From IMG/VR virus record IMGVR_UViG_3300033145_002224, positions 37,438 to 101,437 of that record: a DNA stretch of 64,000 bases; one strand, given 5' to 3'. How positions within the stretch are numbered: the stretch's first letter is position 1; every line of letters starts with the position of its first letter. The notes beneath the pieces are model-generated. The model saw only the letters and a program-made list of their open reading frames with translations. It did not search any database and was not told where the DNA came from. Shown here piece by piece: positions 10,618-21,402 of this stretch. Source of the stretch: a virus. Position numbers and translations under genes: made by a program.

Positions 10618-11727
10618 TTATGCGTTTGCTTTTGGATCTATACTCCATGAATCCAAATTACTATCTTGCTTTATTGAAGTAACCTTTAACCTTTTAATTC
10701 CTTCAAGAAAATTTTTATAGAATTGATCTGCGTTAGATCTACTTAATTTTGGTGCTGCTCGATACAACATAAAATCTATCAAACAATAGAAGTTATTATT
10801 TGGTAAATCAACATTATCATAATAACTTGTTAGGGTTGTTGTTTTTGTCCTATATCTTATACCATAAATTGTAACCTCTGTTGGTGTCGGTGAAAAACCT
10901 ATATATCCACTTTTAAGATAGTATTTAGTTGTATTACTAGTTACGTCATCATAAACAGAAACATTTTTAACATCAATTTTACTAACCGGCATATCTATAC
11001 CATTATTATAAATTGATATGAGTTGACTAAAATTAGCCGGTAAGGCGTATTCCTTTGTACCGTCCGAAGTTGTTATTTCTTCTTCATCGTCAATTGTATA
11101 TGATGTATTTACTAAATTTAGTTCATTTTGAGCAATGCTATAAGCCTCATTAAGGTAAGTGAAAGCTTCAGCGTTTGTAATCAATTTCTTTTCCTTATTA
11201 TTTAATAATGAGAAGAATGTATCTAATATCTTTTTAACGGAATTTTCACCAAATCCAGCATATGGAATTGCGTTTGATGCTTGTGTGGCCTTATTTGTAG
11301 TAGAATTATAAAACACAAACCACCCAAATCCCGTAGTATTAGTAGTATCATATCCCTTACTATGTGTACTATCAGCCTGTATATCAACATAAGCGGTTAC
11401 CGGATCTGTTGCTGAAAATGTAGCAGTATCAGTATGAAAAAATCGTACTTGATTATATCTTATAATTGATACTTTTGTACTCTCACTGTGTGAAAACTTA
11501 GTATTTGCAGCAAGCGCGAGTGTATGTGTTGCTGCTGTCACGGTCGTAACTTTTACTATTTCTGTGGTTTCTGAGCCGAATTCACCTAATAATATATAAT
11601 CATCATCTGCAAAACCCTCACTATTTGTGATGATAATAGAATCGATTCCTGAGCTATAATTCGTACTTAAATACGAATATTTTGCGTTTGTAGACAAAAC
11701 CCTGTTGTCTGCGCGGAGTGTAATCAT
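10618..11727 (-). CDS. Head-to-tail adaptor/tail tubular protein A
   Basis: C-terminal YLNEAY...GTKEYALPANF...IGFSPTP pattern typical of podovirus adaptor proteins. Confidence 0.7.
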   Translation of the reverse strand: MITLRADNRVLSTNAKYSYLSTNYSSGIDSIIITNSEGFADDDYILLGEFGSETTEIVKVTTVTAATHTLALAANTKFSHSESTKVSIIRYNQVRFFHTDTATFSATDPVTAYVDIQADSTHSKGYDTTNTTGFGWFVFYNSTTNKATQASNAIPYAGFGENSVKKILDTFFSLLNNKEKKLITNAEAFTYLNEAYSIAQNELNLVNTSYTIDDEEEITTSDGTKEYALPANFSQLISIYNNGIDMPVSKIDVKNVSVYDDVTSNTTKYYLKSGYIGFSPTPTEVTIYGIRYRTKTTTLTSYYDNVDLPNNNFYCLIDFMLYRAAPKLSRSNADQFYKNFLEGIKRLKVTSIKQDSNLDSWSIDPKANA

Positions 11728-11749
11728 AAAATTTGCTATTATTACTTAT

Positions 11750-11767
11750 ATTATACCATAAGTACCC
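11750..11767 (-). promoter_or_regulatory. Conserved phage promoter motif GGGTACTTATGGTATAAT
   Basis: Extended -10 (TGnTATAAT) preceded by GGGTACTT; one of 5 copies; upstream of the 11727 gene. Confidence 0.75.
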
Positions 11768-11768
11768 T

Positions 11769-14272
11769 TTATCTTTCTCCAAGAACGTCTAAAACGTTAA
11801 TATTACCCATAATATTAAAATTATAGTACTCCATTAAAAGAGTTGAGGTACTTGAACTTGTAGAACTAGAGGTACTAGATGTTGTGCTGGAGCTAGTACT
11901 TGAGCTAGTAGAACTAGACGTAGAACTAGAAGTAGAGCTAGAGGTACTGGATGTTGTGCTGGAGCTAGTGCTTGAACTTGTGCTGGATGTTGTGCTAGAA
12001 CTTGTGCTGGATGTTGTGCTAGAACTGGTTGAACTAGACGTAGAACTAGAAGTAGAGCTAGAGGTGCTAGATGTTGTGCTGGAGCTAGTGCTTGAACTTG
12101 TACTGGATGTTGTGCTAGAACTTGTGCTAGAACTTGTGCTGGAACTTGTACTAGATGTTGTACTAGAACTTGTGCTGGATGTTGTACTAGAACTTGTGCT
12201 GGAACTGGTTGAACTAATAGAACTAGAAGTAGAGCTAGAAGTAGAGCTAGAAGTAGAGCTAGAAGTACTAGAAATTGAACTAGAGGTAGAGCTAGAGGTA
12301 CTAGAACTTGTTGAGCTTGTGGTGGAGCTAGAAGTACTAGAACTTGTAGAGCTAGAAGTAGAACTAGATGTAGAGCTAGAAGTACTAGAACTTGTAAAAC
12401 TAATAGAACTAGATGTAGAGCTAGAAGTACTAGAACTTGTAGAGCTAGAGGTAGAGCTAGAGGTAGAGCTAGAGGTAGAGCTCAATGAGCTAGAGGTAGA
12501 GGAACTAGTACTAGAACTTGTAGAGCTAGAGGTAGAGCTAGAGGTAGAGCTAGAGGTAGAGCTAGAGGTAGAGCTAGAGGTAGAGCTAGAGGTAGAGCTA
12601 GAGGTAGAGCTAGAGGTAGAGCTAGAGGTAGAGTAGAGGTAGAGCTAGAGGTAGAGCTAGAGGTAGAGCTAGAGGTAGAGCTCAATGAGCTAGAGGTAGA
12701 GGAACTAGTACTAGAACTTGTAGAGCTAGAGGTAGAGCTAGAGGTAGAGGAACTAGTACTAGAACTTGTAGAACTAGAGGTAGAGCTAGAGGTAGAGCTA
12801 GAGGTAGAGCTAGAGGTAGAGCTAGAGGTGCTTGAGCTTGTTGAACTCGTTGTAGAGCTAGAGGTGCTTGAACTTGTAGAGCTAGAGGTAGAGGATATTG
12901 AACTTGATGTCGATGAACTTGTTGAGCTAGACGTACTAGAAGAAGTCGTTGTCGTGCCGCCCTCCGAATAAGTTACTTCAAGCTTAGGTCTTCTAATTGG
13001 ATCTTCAGAAGTATCATCTGAAAAATAACAACCATTTTTATAACTAGTACTTGTGCCCGGTGCAGTATTACCAGCATCATAGGTTTGTTCCAGAACTCCA
13101 AACCAAGAGTTAGCATCTGGATTAATATTATCAAAAGAATCAAAATTAATTACATTATATTGACCAGTTGACCAAGAAGCAATATCTCCTAGATTGGTAC
13201 CACCTGGAATAGCTTGAGAATCAAAATCAGTAGTGTCTAAGGATTCTATGAGCGAACCAGCTTTTTGAATTTCAACACCCGCGCCACTATTTGTAACACC
13301 ATACAAATTAAGAGACGCTGAAATAATATTAACATCTGTTGCTAAATCGGTTGTATCAAAAGTAAAAAATGAACGCCAAATACTATACCGACCCTTACTG
13401 TCGGTTTCTGCACCTATTGCTTCCGCTTCACTAATATCATTACCATCAAAATAATCTGCATCACTATCATCTCTACAATTACTCCAACCAGTAGTATCAA
13501 GATTATAAACTACACCATCAGTTGTTTCTGAATAATAAGTATTTGTATCAATCAAAATTGGATATTGAGCTAAAATTAAATCATCCCTACCCTCTTTTGT
13601 CGGAATCTTGGTATAAAATAAATTTCCATCAATTTCTTCTAATGTATGTTCTATCGTTTTACATTTTTTATTATTACTATCTTTAAAATATGGATTATTA
13701 ATCCAAAATTTTATTTCTTCTTTTTCGTCAACAAATACAAATCGACCTCTTTCATTTGGAATATACTTATTTCCTTCTTTTTCATTTGAACAATGTAATC
13801 CTTTTAGGTATATTTGTTCTACTATTTTAAAATTTTCAATTAAATTAGTTACTTTAACAAAGTTTGTTAAACTAACAGCACTTACCCTGCTAATAAGTTC
13901 AATACCAGAATCTAATTGGTGCTTAATTTCTGTTTTTGATTCTTTTTGTAGAAAACTGACCTCATCATTTGTAATATATTCTACACTATCTAATTTTATT
14001 TCCTTAATTGACCCCTCAAATTGATGTTCATAATCATATCGTAAACCAAAATATTTTTCTAACTTTAAGTCTCGTCTAAATCCAGCACTAACTTTATTTT
14101 TATCAGAAATCCAATTACCATTACCATCATCTAAAAATTCTAAATCTATATTTTCCCATTTACCATCTTTATCATAATGTACGGGTGCACAACCACAAAC
14201 AAGTTTACTCACACCATTACCGAGGTCAAAGGTTTTGTTTCGTTCACTTCTGCTTGATATTATCTCAATCAT
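11769..14272 (-). CDS. Mucin-like virion protein (WapA/RHS-type N-domain + DNRLRE-like domain + ~370-aa Ser/Thr tract), split by a 1-nt frameshift near 12633
   Basis: ORFs 12482..14272 and 11769..12485 fuse into 834 aa if one C is restored in the repeat unit GAGTAGAGG; RSFFTFD...SASLNLY...RPKLEVTY is DNRLRE-like. Confidence 0.7.
11850..12955. repeat. Degenerate 12-bp tandem repeat encoding (TSSS)n, including perfect (GAGGTAGAGCTA)n
   Basis: Directly visible; perfect run at about 12520-12632. Confidence 0.95.
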
Positions 14273-14276
14273 TCGT

Positions 14277-14948
14277 TTATATAATGTTACTGTTAATTAT
14301 GTTCCAATCAAATCTTTTACTAATATTTTCAATGAATAAATCTATAAATGTTTCTCTACTAGTGATGCCAACTTCATCTAATCCAATAATAACATCAGAA
14401 ATATCTTTAATATCACCTTTTTTAAGCATCTTTTCAGTATCTAATCTATAAACATCTCTTGCTAAATTATAATCAATTTTAAATGACACTGGTAAAGCAT
14501 AGTAATCCCAACCATTTAACTCACAATGAAAAAACCCACAAAATTTTTTTAATTTATTATCGATCTTAATAAGTAAATCATTGTTTTTATAAATAATATT
14601 ATATTTTTGTAATTTTAATGTTCTAATAACATTAGCTATAAGGGCTTTTTCAACTATTTTTACTGGTAACACCCCCCTTGGAATATGCAAATCAATCTTT
14701 GCGGTATCTTTAAAGTAGCAAATTACTCCCGCCTCGGTGTGTTCGGGCACGGGAACCCTTATTACTTTAACGTTAGATGGTATCTTATCTATATATAAAT
14801 ACTTCTCTGGTTTATAATTACCAGTTAACATCAAGAACGTTGATTCTGGAAATCCACAAACAAATGTTGGTAAATTAAATTTAATATTATGGTCATCTGC
14901 GAATGACTTCGGTTCTATTTTATTATTTTTTATATATTGAATTTCCAT
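14277..14948 (-). CDS. Lipoate-protein ligase/biotin-ligase (BPL/LPL) fold protein
   Basis: AGVICY (cf. GGxVY) and NDLLI...KKFCG (cf. NDL...KKIxG) motifs. Confidence 0.6.
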   Translation of the reverse strand: MEIQYIKNNKIEPKSFADDHNIKFNLPTFVCGFPESTFLMLTGNYKPEKYLYIDKIPSNVKVIRVPVPEHTEAGVICYFKDTAKIDLHIPRGVLPVKIVEKALIANVIRTLKLQKYNIIYKNNDLLIKIDNKLKKFCGFFHCELNGWDYYALPVSFKIDYNLARDVYRLDTEKMLKKGDIKDISDVIIGLDEVGITSRETFIDLFIENISKRFDWNIINSNII

Positions 14949-15822
14949 CTTTTTTAAAAATTAAATAACTACTAAATAAAATTAATCCCATTCCAATCCC
15001 CTGAGTTAAATTAATAACTTGATTTAATATAAGAAATGATAATATCACGCCTAGAATAGGTTTTATATATGCTATAATTCCCACAGTAGATGGTATAAGT
15101 TTTTTCACACCATTATAAAACAACATAAATGCTATAAAAGTACAAACAATCCCCATATAAATAAGATTAGGGAGTGTGGTGGCATTAATTTGACTTAATG
15201 TTGTAGCGGGATTCTGTAAAAGCATTGTGCCAAAAAGTACAAATAAAAAAGTATAAAATAAAATTGTAAAAGGATTATATTTCTTAAATAAACTTTTTCC
15301 TATCATTGTATAAATAGCCCAACACATTGCTGCTATAAACATCAGGCCAACTCCCATAAAATTTATTCCCGCCAAGGCTAATTGAGGCAAAAAACCTATA
15401 ATAAACAATGAACCAGTTAACCCAAGAATTAAACTTAAAATCTTTCTTTTGCTAAATGATTCTTTCCAAAAAATTGCTGAAAATACTACTATCCAAACAG
15501 GGAAAGTAAAATAAACGCTAATTGCTGTCGGTATATGATTTAACGTTTTTATTCCTTGCCAAAATGCCAAAAGATGAATTAATAAAACAAATCCTAATAA
15601 TAATAAAATACCTATATCTTGTTTCTGAACCTTTAACCAACTCTTTTTAAATATTATTATAGTCAAAAACATCAAAACACTAGCAATTAAATATCTAACA
15701 CTTAAAAGTGTTATTGGACTTGCCCCTCCACGATATACAAATGTTCCGGCTATTTCTATTGTAGCCCAACATATTTGAGAACCAATAACACTTAAGGCAC
15801 CTATTAAAAATTTATTTTTCAT
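14923..15822 (-). CDS. EamA/DMT family transporter
   Basis: About 10 hydrophobic segments in two repeats; FPVWIVVFSAIFWKE and KPILGVILSFLILNQ EamA signatures. Confidence 0.9.
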   Translation of the reverse strand: MKNKFLIGALSVIGSQICWATIEIAGTFVYRGGASPITLLSVRYLIASVLMFLTIIIFKKSWLKVQKQDIGILLLLGFVLLIHLLAFWQGIKTLNHIPTAISVYFTFPVWIVVFSAIFWKESFSKRKILSLILGLTGSLFIIGFLPQLALAGINFMGVGLMFIAAMCWAIYTMIGKSLFKKYNPFTILFYTFLFVLFGTMLLQNPATTLSQINATTLPNLIYMGIVCTFIAFMLFYNGVKKLIPSTVGIIAYIKPILGVILSFLILNQVINLTQGIGMGLILFSSYLIFKKDGNSIYKK

Positions 15823-15850
15823 AATTTTAGTTATTAACTAATTATTTTTA

Positions 15851-16513
15851 TTATAATTCATCATTAATAGAACCCCAACCATCAATATCTAAAGAATCAC
15901 CAAGAACATCAAAATCTTCATATATATGTGAAATTGTTGATGTAGAACTAGAGGTACTAGAACTTGTACTAGAAGTTGTTGAACTTGATGTACTAGAACT
16001 TGTAGAGCTAGAGGTAGAACTAGAAGTAGAACTAGAGGTACTAGAACTTGTACTGGAACTGGTAGAACTAGTAGTCGAACTAGAGGTCGAGCTAGAAGTA
16101 CTAGAACTTGTACTTGAACTTGTTGAACTTGATGTACTAGAACTTGTAGAGCTAGAGGTAGAACTAGAAGTAGAACTAGAGGTACTAGAACTTGTAGAAC
16201 TAGTGGTCGAACTAGAAGTAGAGCTAGAAGTACTAGATGTTGTACTGGAACTAGTAGAGCTAGTAGTTGAACTAGAGGTGCTAGAACTAGTAGAACTAGT
16301 AGTTGAACTAGAGGTACTGGAACTAGTAGAGCTAGTAGTTGAACTACTAGTACTTGAACTTGTTGAACTAGTTGTAGAAGAACTAGTACTAGAGCTAGTT
16401 GTTGTTTCAAACGAAACACCCCAAAGATCTGTTTCCAAAATCAAACCATCTCCGTCATATCCTACACCGGAATCATCATATAATATTCTATTATCATCGT
16501 ATTGAAGCGCCAT
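15851..16513 (-). CDS. Small mucin-like Ser/Thr-rich structural protein
   Basis: N-terminal YDD..YDD..YDGDG motif, ~155-aa TSSS tract, short acidic C-terminus. Confidence 0.75.
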   Translation of the reverse strand: MALQYDDNRILYDDSGVGYDGDGLILETDLWGVSFETTTSSSTSSSTTSSTSSSTSSSTTSSTSSSTSSSTTSSTSSSTSSSTTSSTSSSTTSSTSSSTSSSTTSSTSSSTSSSTSSSTSSSTSSSTSSSTSSSTSSSTSSSTSSSTTSSTSSSTSSSTSSSTSSSTSSSTSSSTSSSTTSSTSSSTSSSTSTISHIYEDFDVLGDSLDIDGWGSINDEL

Positions 16514-16517
16514 TTAA

Positions 16518-17309
16518 TTAGTTTTTATATTCCATAAATCCTTGATACAAACTTATAGTATTTCCAACATCTGCACTCGCCCATTGAGCCGTAATTATTA
16601 CGTTCATATCAGCGGTTGTATTTATATCTGCTACAGCAATACTTCTGACTTCATCTCCAGTTGTATTTGGGTCACCAATTACCATGTGAATGTGCATTGC
16701 TCTCGCCCCAGAGGCTCCGATTGTTCTTTGAGTAGCGTTAGCGTTAATGTGCCAAGGCGTGTTAGCCGCTAATGTTTTTGTATCTGGACTTAATGTTACT
16801 TTTGTAACTCCGCCGACTTTTATTCTTATCGTTACCTCATCAGTATCCGTTGAACCTGTATTCGCCACAACGCCATCTGCATGAAATTTAAACAAATTTC
16901 CCGCGTCCAAACTGTTTGCCCCCATTTCACCTGTCCATAAAGTCGTTTCAATAATTGTATTTGCTACAGTAACAGTTGAAACTGCAACATCAGAAGTTCT
17001 ATCTATTGCTCTTTGTTTTCCATTATTTGTTATATAAAATTTATCTCCACTATATTCTATTGTCCCCGACTCTGGATTTGTCAAAAGTGTTCCGGCATCA
17101 AACTTTAAAGGTGCTGTTCCCGCCGATGCTGTTCCCGCTGCTAAATGTAATCTAGCTGTTTGCGCTTCAGTACCAATACCAACATTATCACTAGAATTAA
17201 CTGTGATTGTTTTTACTGTAGCACCTACGTCTACTGCTATAATTTTATGTAGGGTCGAATGAGATGGGCTGTCTAGCGCATCTGCTGCCCCCGGCTGTTC
17301 TAATGCCAT
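16518..17309 (-). CDS. Tail fibre-like structural protein
   Basis: NVGIGT...ARLHL motif common in phage fibres; beta-rich C-terminus. Confidence 0.65.
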   Translation of the reverse strand: MALEQPGAADALDSPSHSTLHKIIAVDVGATVKTITVNSSDNVGIGTEAQTARLHLAAGTASAGTAPLKFDAGTLLTNPESGTIEYSGDKFYITNNGKQRAIDRTSDVAVSTVTVANTIIETTLWTGEMGANSLDAGNLFKFHADGVVANTGSTDTDEVTIRIKVGGVTKVTLSPDTKTLAANTPWHINANATQRTIGASGARAMHIHMVIGDPNTTGDEVRSIAVADINTTADMNVIITAQWASADVGNTISLYQGFMEYKN

Positions 17310-17339
17310 ATGTTTATTATTAATTTATTAACTTATTTA

Positions 17340-20300
17340 TTATGTATCTTCTTGATAAACTCTACCTGCCACCCAATTACTACCATCATAATAATCAGAC
17401 ACATTTAATGTCTTTGTACCGGTTAGTGTAAATTCAGTATCTGCGGCAGTTGTACTATCATTATCTAACGCTTCCCACGTTGTAGAATCAAAATTATATA
17501 TTTGTAGATATACTGTTGATGCGCTTGGTGCTGTTGTGGATTTTCCCTTCCATATTAGTGTTGGTGCTTCTGTATTACTATCATGTTGATCTTTAAATAA
17601 AAATATTGCATTCTCACTTATAGCCGCCTGGGCTACATATACATCATTATCTGTTCTAACATTTATATAATCAGCACCACCGAATAAATTTTCTAGATCT
17701 GTTTCATCAGCTGGTAACGCAGCATAATTCCCCCTACTGTAATCTTCATCTGTTGGTAATGACGTAGATGAACTAGTAGAACTAGACGTAGAGGAACTAG
17801 TAGAACTAAGTGTATACGTAGTTGAACTAGAAGTAGAAGAACTTGTTGAACTAAATGTATGTGTAGTCGAGCTAGAAGTACTAGATGTAGTAGAACTAGA
17901 AGTAGAAGATGTTGTACTGGAGCTAGTAGAACTTGATGTACTGGAGCTAGTAGAACTTGATGTACTGGAGCTAGTAGAACTTGATGTACTAGAACTGGTA
18001 GAACTAGTTGTAGAGCTAGAGGTGCTAGATGTGGTAGAACTAGAGGTAGAGGATGTTGTACTAGAGCTAGTAGAACTTGAAGTAGAGCTAGAAGTAGAAC
18101 TAGAGGTAGAGCTAGAGGTAGAGCTAGAAGTAGAACTAGAGGTAGAGCTAGAGGTAGAACTAGAAGTGCTAGAACTTGTAGAGCTAGAGGTAGAACTAGA
18201 AGTAGAACTAGAGGTGCTTGAACTTGTTGAACTCGTTGTAGAGCTACTAGTACTAGAGGTTGTAGAACTAGAGGTAGAGCTAGAGGTGCTTGAACTTGTT
18301 GAACTCGTTGTAGAGCTACTAGTACTAGAGGTTGTAGAACTAGAGGTAGAGCTAGAGGTGGAAGATGTAGTACTAGATGTTGTGCTTGAACTTGTAGAGC
18401 TAGAGGTAGAGGATGTTGTAGAGCTAGAGGTAGAGCTGGAGGTACTAGACGATGTTGTTGTAGGTGCTGCGTTATGATGAATTCTAACCTCTGCTATACT
18501 GGCATTACAATTTGTTCCAGACACTTTATCAAAATAAAATTTAACTTCTAGAGCTTGAATTTTAGCCCATGTCCATCCGCCAGATGGGACATTAAGTGTT
18601 CGCCAGGTACTATAAGACCATCCTAGACTTGTATGATTAATTGTACAAAGTAAATCTATTAATCCATCTGTATAAAATTTTGCTATTAATGAATCATCAT
18701 TATTGCTAATAGCACCAGCAACTCTAACTTCAACATAACCTATATTAGACGCATCATCTATGGCGCTTGTTCCGCCACCTAATAAATAATTACTTGTATC
18801 ATTTCCACCAGTTGTGGTGGTTGCAGCATCTACTGTATCACTATTAAAAGCAAGGGCATCATCAGACCAGGCGCCGCCTGTGTCTGTTGGCCCATTATCT
18901 GAGGCATCAAAATAGTAATCTACGTATTCTAATGTAGTAATAGATGAAGTAGAACTAGAGGTAGAGCTAGAGGTGCTTGAGCTTGTTGAACTCGTTGTAG
19001 AGCTAGAGGTGCTCGAACTTGTACTTGAGCTTGTGCTTGAAGAAGTAGAACTAGAAGTAGTTGTAGTCGTACCACCAACAGCGTGAGTTATTTTTATATA
19101 TGGCTCATTACCATCCCAAATATCTACTCTCAATACATTCGCTCCGGTCGGAGTCACACCACTTATGTCTCCACTTAACCTAAAACCGACGATAGTATTT
19201 CCTGTCTTATTAATACAATCAAAATCAGTCAAGGAAAGTCCGACATCTATATCTGCTCCAGCAGTGGTAAAGTCTGTCAAATCACGACTACCAATAGATG
19301 TGCTTTCATAATCATTAAAATCCTCATCTACCATTGGGCTTTCAATATTGATATTATCTGTATGATTTAAAGCAACTAAATCATAACCATTAGTATTACC
19401 ACCTGTCGCATAAAGTCTAAACCAACAAACCGCAGCAGAAACAATGTCCCCGTCTGGAATAACGGCGGTATTATAATAAATTTCTCCACGTCTTACGTAA
19501 TAAGTCGCATACTTAGAATAATGTAGAGCATTACCCGAAAACCCAGCTCCCCTTGTGGCCGTTGTTGCATCTCTCGCTAGGGCTAAGGTCGCTTTATTGT
19601 CTGATTGATGACAAGAACTATTAGTACTATCATAATCAAAATCAGTAATAGTATCTGCTTTTACTGGATATTCTGCGTCTAACAAAAATTGTTTAGGTAA
19701 TATTTTTACTTGCCATAAATTACTATTATATTTTTTCCAAAATATTTTTATTTTTTGTATACTGAGTTCGTCTTTATCATGAATATAAGCTGAGCGTATC
19801 CAAGATTTTTTATCACTTGCTTCTTCTATTTTAAATCCATTCTCACTTTCAAAATATTCATTTTTATTCCACTCTGTCAACGACACCTTATTTTTAATAT
19901 TTAATTCTTTATCAGTATCAAATTTAAAAAGAACTGCTAACTGATGTTTCTCTGTTGGAGATTTACCTATTTTATCATAATTATCAATTATGATTTCTTT
20001 TTTAAACCCCTTACTTGAAAGTGTAATTTCAAAATGTATTCCATCACCAAAAGCATTTTCATATCTTATTGCATTACCAATTAACTTGCCTTTAACCGCA
20101 AATTGATTACGAAATACTTGCATATCAGAAAAGTCTTCTTTATTCACCCAAGCCAACATTTTTGGCTCATAATAAATTTTATGGTTAGAACCTCGGTAAA
20201 CATTATCAAATCTTATCAATTGTTTAGCATTGAAATCTTTTTGAATAAAAAGTTTATAAGAAGCTTTGGTCATTTGCCAATAGCTTCCCATATCTTCCAA

Positions 20301-20438
20301 TATTAAATTTACATCATTCCAACTATTATCAGTTCCTTTATAATGTAAATGTCCAGTACTAATTTTTGTATCACAAGTACCATCACCATTATCAAAAGTC
20401 TTACTATGATATTGTCTTTTGTTTAGTATTTCAATCAT
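17340..20438 (-). CDS. Large mucin-like virion protein (WapA/RHS-type N-domain, DNRLRE-like domain, two TSSS tracts)
   Basis: N-terminus paralogous to the 14272 gene (MIEI..R...KTFD.G.G...HY...W); Ser/Thr tracts at about 17760-18460 and 18935-19070. Confidence 0.75.
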   Translation of the reverse strand: MIEILNKRQYHSKTFDNGDGTCDTKISTGHLHYKGTDNSWNDVNLILEDMGSYWQMTKASYKLFIQKDFNAKQLIRFDNVYRGSNHKIYYEPKMLAWVNKEDFSDMQVFRNQFAVKGKLIGNAIRYENAFGDGIHFEITLSSKGFKKEIIIDNYDKIGKSPTEKHQLAVLFKFDTDKELNIKNKVSLTEWNKNEYFESENGFKIEEASDKKSWIRSAYIHDKDELSIQKIKIFWKKYNSNLWQVKILPKQFLLDAEYPVKADTITDFDYDSTNSSCHQSDNKATLALARDATTATRGAGFSGNALHYSKYATYYVRRGEIYYNTAVIPDGDIVSAAVCWFRLYATGGNTNGYDLVALNHTDNINIESPMVDEDFNDYESTSIGSRDLTDFTTAGADIDVGLSLTDFDCINKTGNTIVGFRLSGDISGVTPTGANVLRVDIWDGNEPYIKITHAVGGTTTTTSSSTSSSTSSSTSSSTSSSTTSSTSSSTSSSTSSSTSSITTLEYVDYYFDASDNGPTDTGGAWSDDALAFNSDTVDAATTTTGGNDTSNYLLGGGTSAIDDASNIGYVEVRVAGAISNNDDSLIAKFYTDGLIDLLCTINHTSLGWSYSTWRTLNVPSGGWTWAKIQALEVKFYFDKVSGTNCNASIAEVRIHHNAAPTTTSSSTSSSTSSSTTSSTSSSTSSSTTSSTTSSTSSSTSSSTTSSTSSSTTSSTSSSTSSSTSSSTTSSTSSSTTSSTSSSTSSSTSSSTSSSTSSSTSSSTSSSTSSSTSSSTSSSTSSSTSSSTSSSTSSSTTSSTSSSTTSSTSSSTTSSTSSSTSSSTSSSTSSSTSSSTSSSTSSSTTSSTSSSTTSSTSSSTTHTFSSTSSSTSSSTTYTLSSTSSSTSSSTSSSTSLPTDEDYSRGNYAALPADETDLENLFGGADYINVRTDNDVYVAQAAISENAIFLFKDQHDSNTEAPTLIWKGKSTTAPSASTVYLQIYNFDSTTWEALDNDSTTAADTEFTLTGTKTLNVSDYYDGSNWVAGRVYQEDT

Positions 20439-20451
20439 GTTTTACTATAAA

Positions 20452-21297
20452 TTAAATCGATAAATGATAATCATGCTCATCTCTAAAGAATTTAACCTTT
20501 GGAGAACCAACCTTACCCATTTGGTACCCTTTCATTTGGGCGTAGGACATATCATATCCCAAATAATGACCAGTTACGATTACTAATTTCTTATGATAAC
20601 TAATTATTTTATTCTTATAATCCACCATTTGCTCCTCAATAGTATCTGAAATCATGTCGTGTGTGTGTCCAGTAGCGAATACATCACACCTAAATGAACG
20701 TGATGCATCTATAGCGGCTTTCAATTTAGTGTGAGAAAATCTAGAACCAGTACTTCCATGAATAGCATAAACTGTATAATTCTGCTTTCCAACCTTAAAC
20801 CAACTCCATCTAGCAGAAAATAGATATGGCACATCTAAAAATCCACAAATTATTTTAGTTACATTAATAGATGTAGCATTAGAGATCCTGTCTTCATGAT
20901 TACCCTTAAGTAACCCAAGTAATAAACCAGCCTTTGCGACTGGTGCTAATAGACTTATAACTTCCTCCATTTGAGAATGTGGATTAAGTTTCTGTTGATA
21001 AACAGAGTCGCCTATAGAAGATGTCGTACCGCACTCCATCAAATCACCCATTCCAAGCACATATATACCCTTTTCTACACAATATTCTAGGTTAGCCTTA
21101 GCTTTATCCAATAATGTAGTAGGATAACCAAGGTGTAAATCTCCAAAAAACAATACTTCAGCATAATCTTTGCCTGGTCGGCACTTTAATGTGTGTTTAT
21201 TAATAGATACTGGCCTACCTGGTCTTAAACTTTTAACAACCACCTCCATTTGGTCTAAACCAGTTTGTTCTCGTTGAAAAATGCTTTGTTTTTTCAT
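20452..21297 (-). CDS. Calcineurin-like metallophosphoesterase
   Basis: GDLH, GDLME, GNHE, HG and GHTH motifs. Confidence 0.9.
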   Translation of the reverse strand: MKKQSIFQREQTGLDQMEVVVKSLRPGRPVSINKHTLKCRPGKDYAEVLFFGDLHLGYPTTLLDKAKANLEYCVEKGIYVLGMGDLMECGTTSSIGDSVYQQKLNPHSQMEEVISLLAPVAKAGLLLGLLKGNHEDRISNATSINVTKIICGFLDVPYLFSARWSWFKVGKQNYTVYAIHGSTGSRFSHTKLKAAIDASRSFRCDVFATGHTHDMISDTIEEQMVDYKNKIISYHKKLVIVTGHYLGYDMSYAQMKGYQMGKVGSPKVKFFRDEHDYHLSI

Positions 21298-21336
21298 TTT
21301 ATTGTTATTTTAATAATAATTTTGTTTAAATATTAT

Positions 21337-21381
21337 AAAAAAAGACAAATTAACGCGTAAACACGCACATAATTCGTCTTC
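21337..21381 (-). terminator. Terminator-like hairpin + U-tract
   Basis: AAGACGAATTA...TAATTTGTCTT followed by a T run. Confidence 0.55.
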
Positions 21382-21402
21382 ATATACATTTCATTTATTA
21401 AT

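Noticed and set aside
12520-12632. Perfect tandem repeats as a possible CRISPR array
   Set aside because: 12-bp units with no unique spacers, located within coding sequence; no cas genes
11884-12636. Plus-strand (LELV/VELE)n ORFs, also 16203..16505 and 18022..18477, and alternative-frame ORFs 15889..16419 and 32299..32634
   Set aside because: Shadow frames of the TSSS-coding repeats
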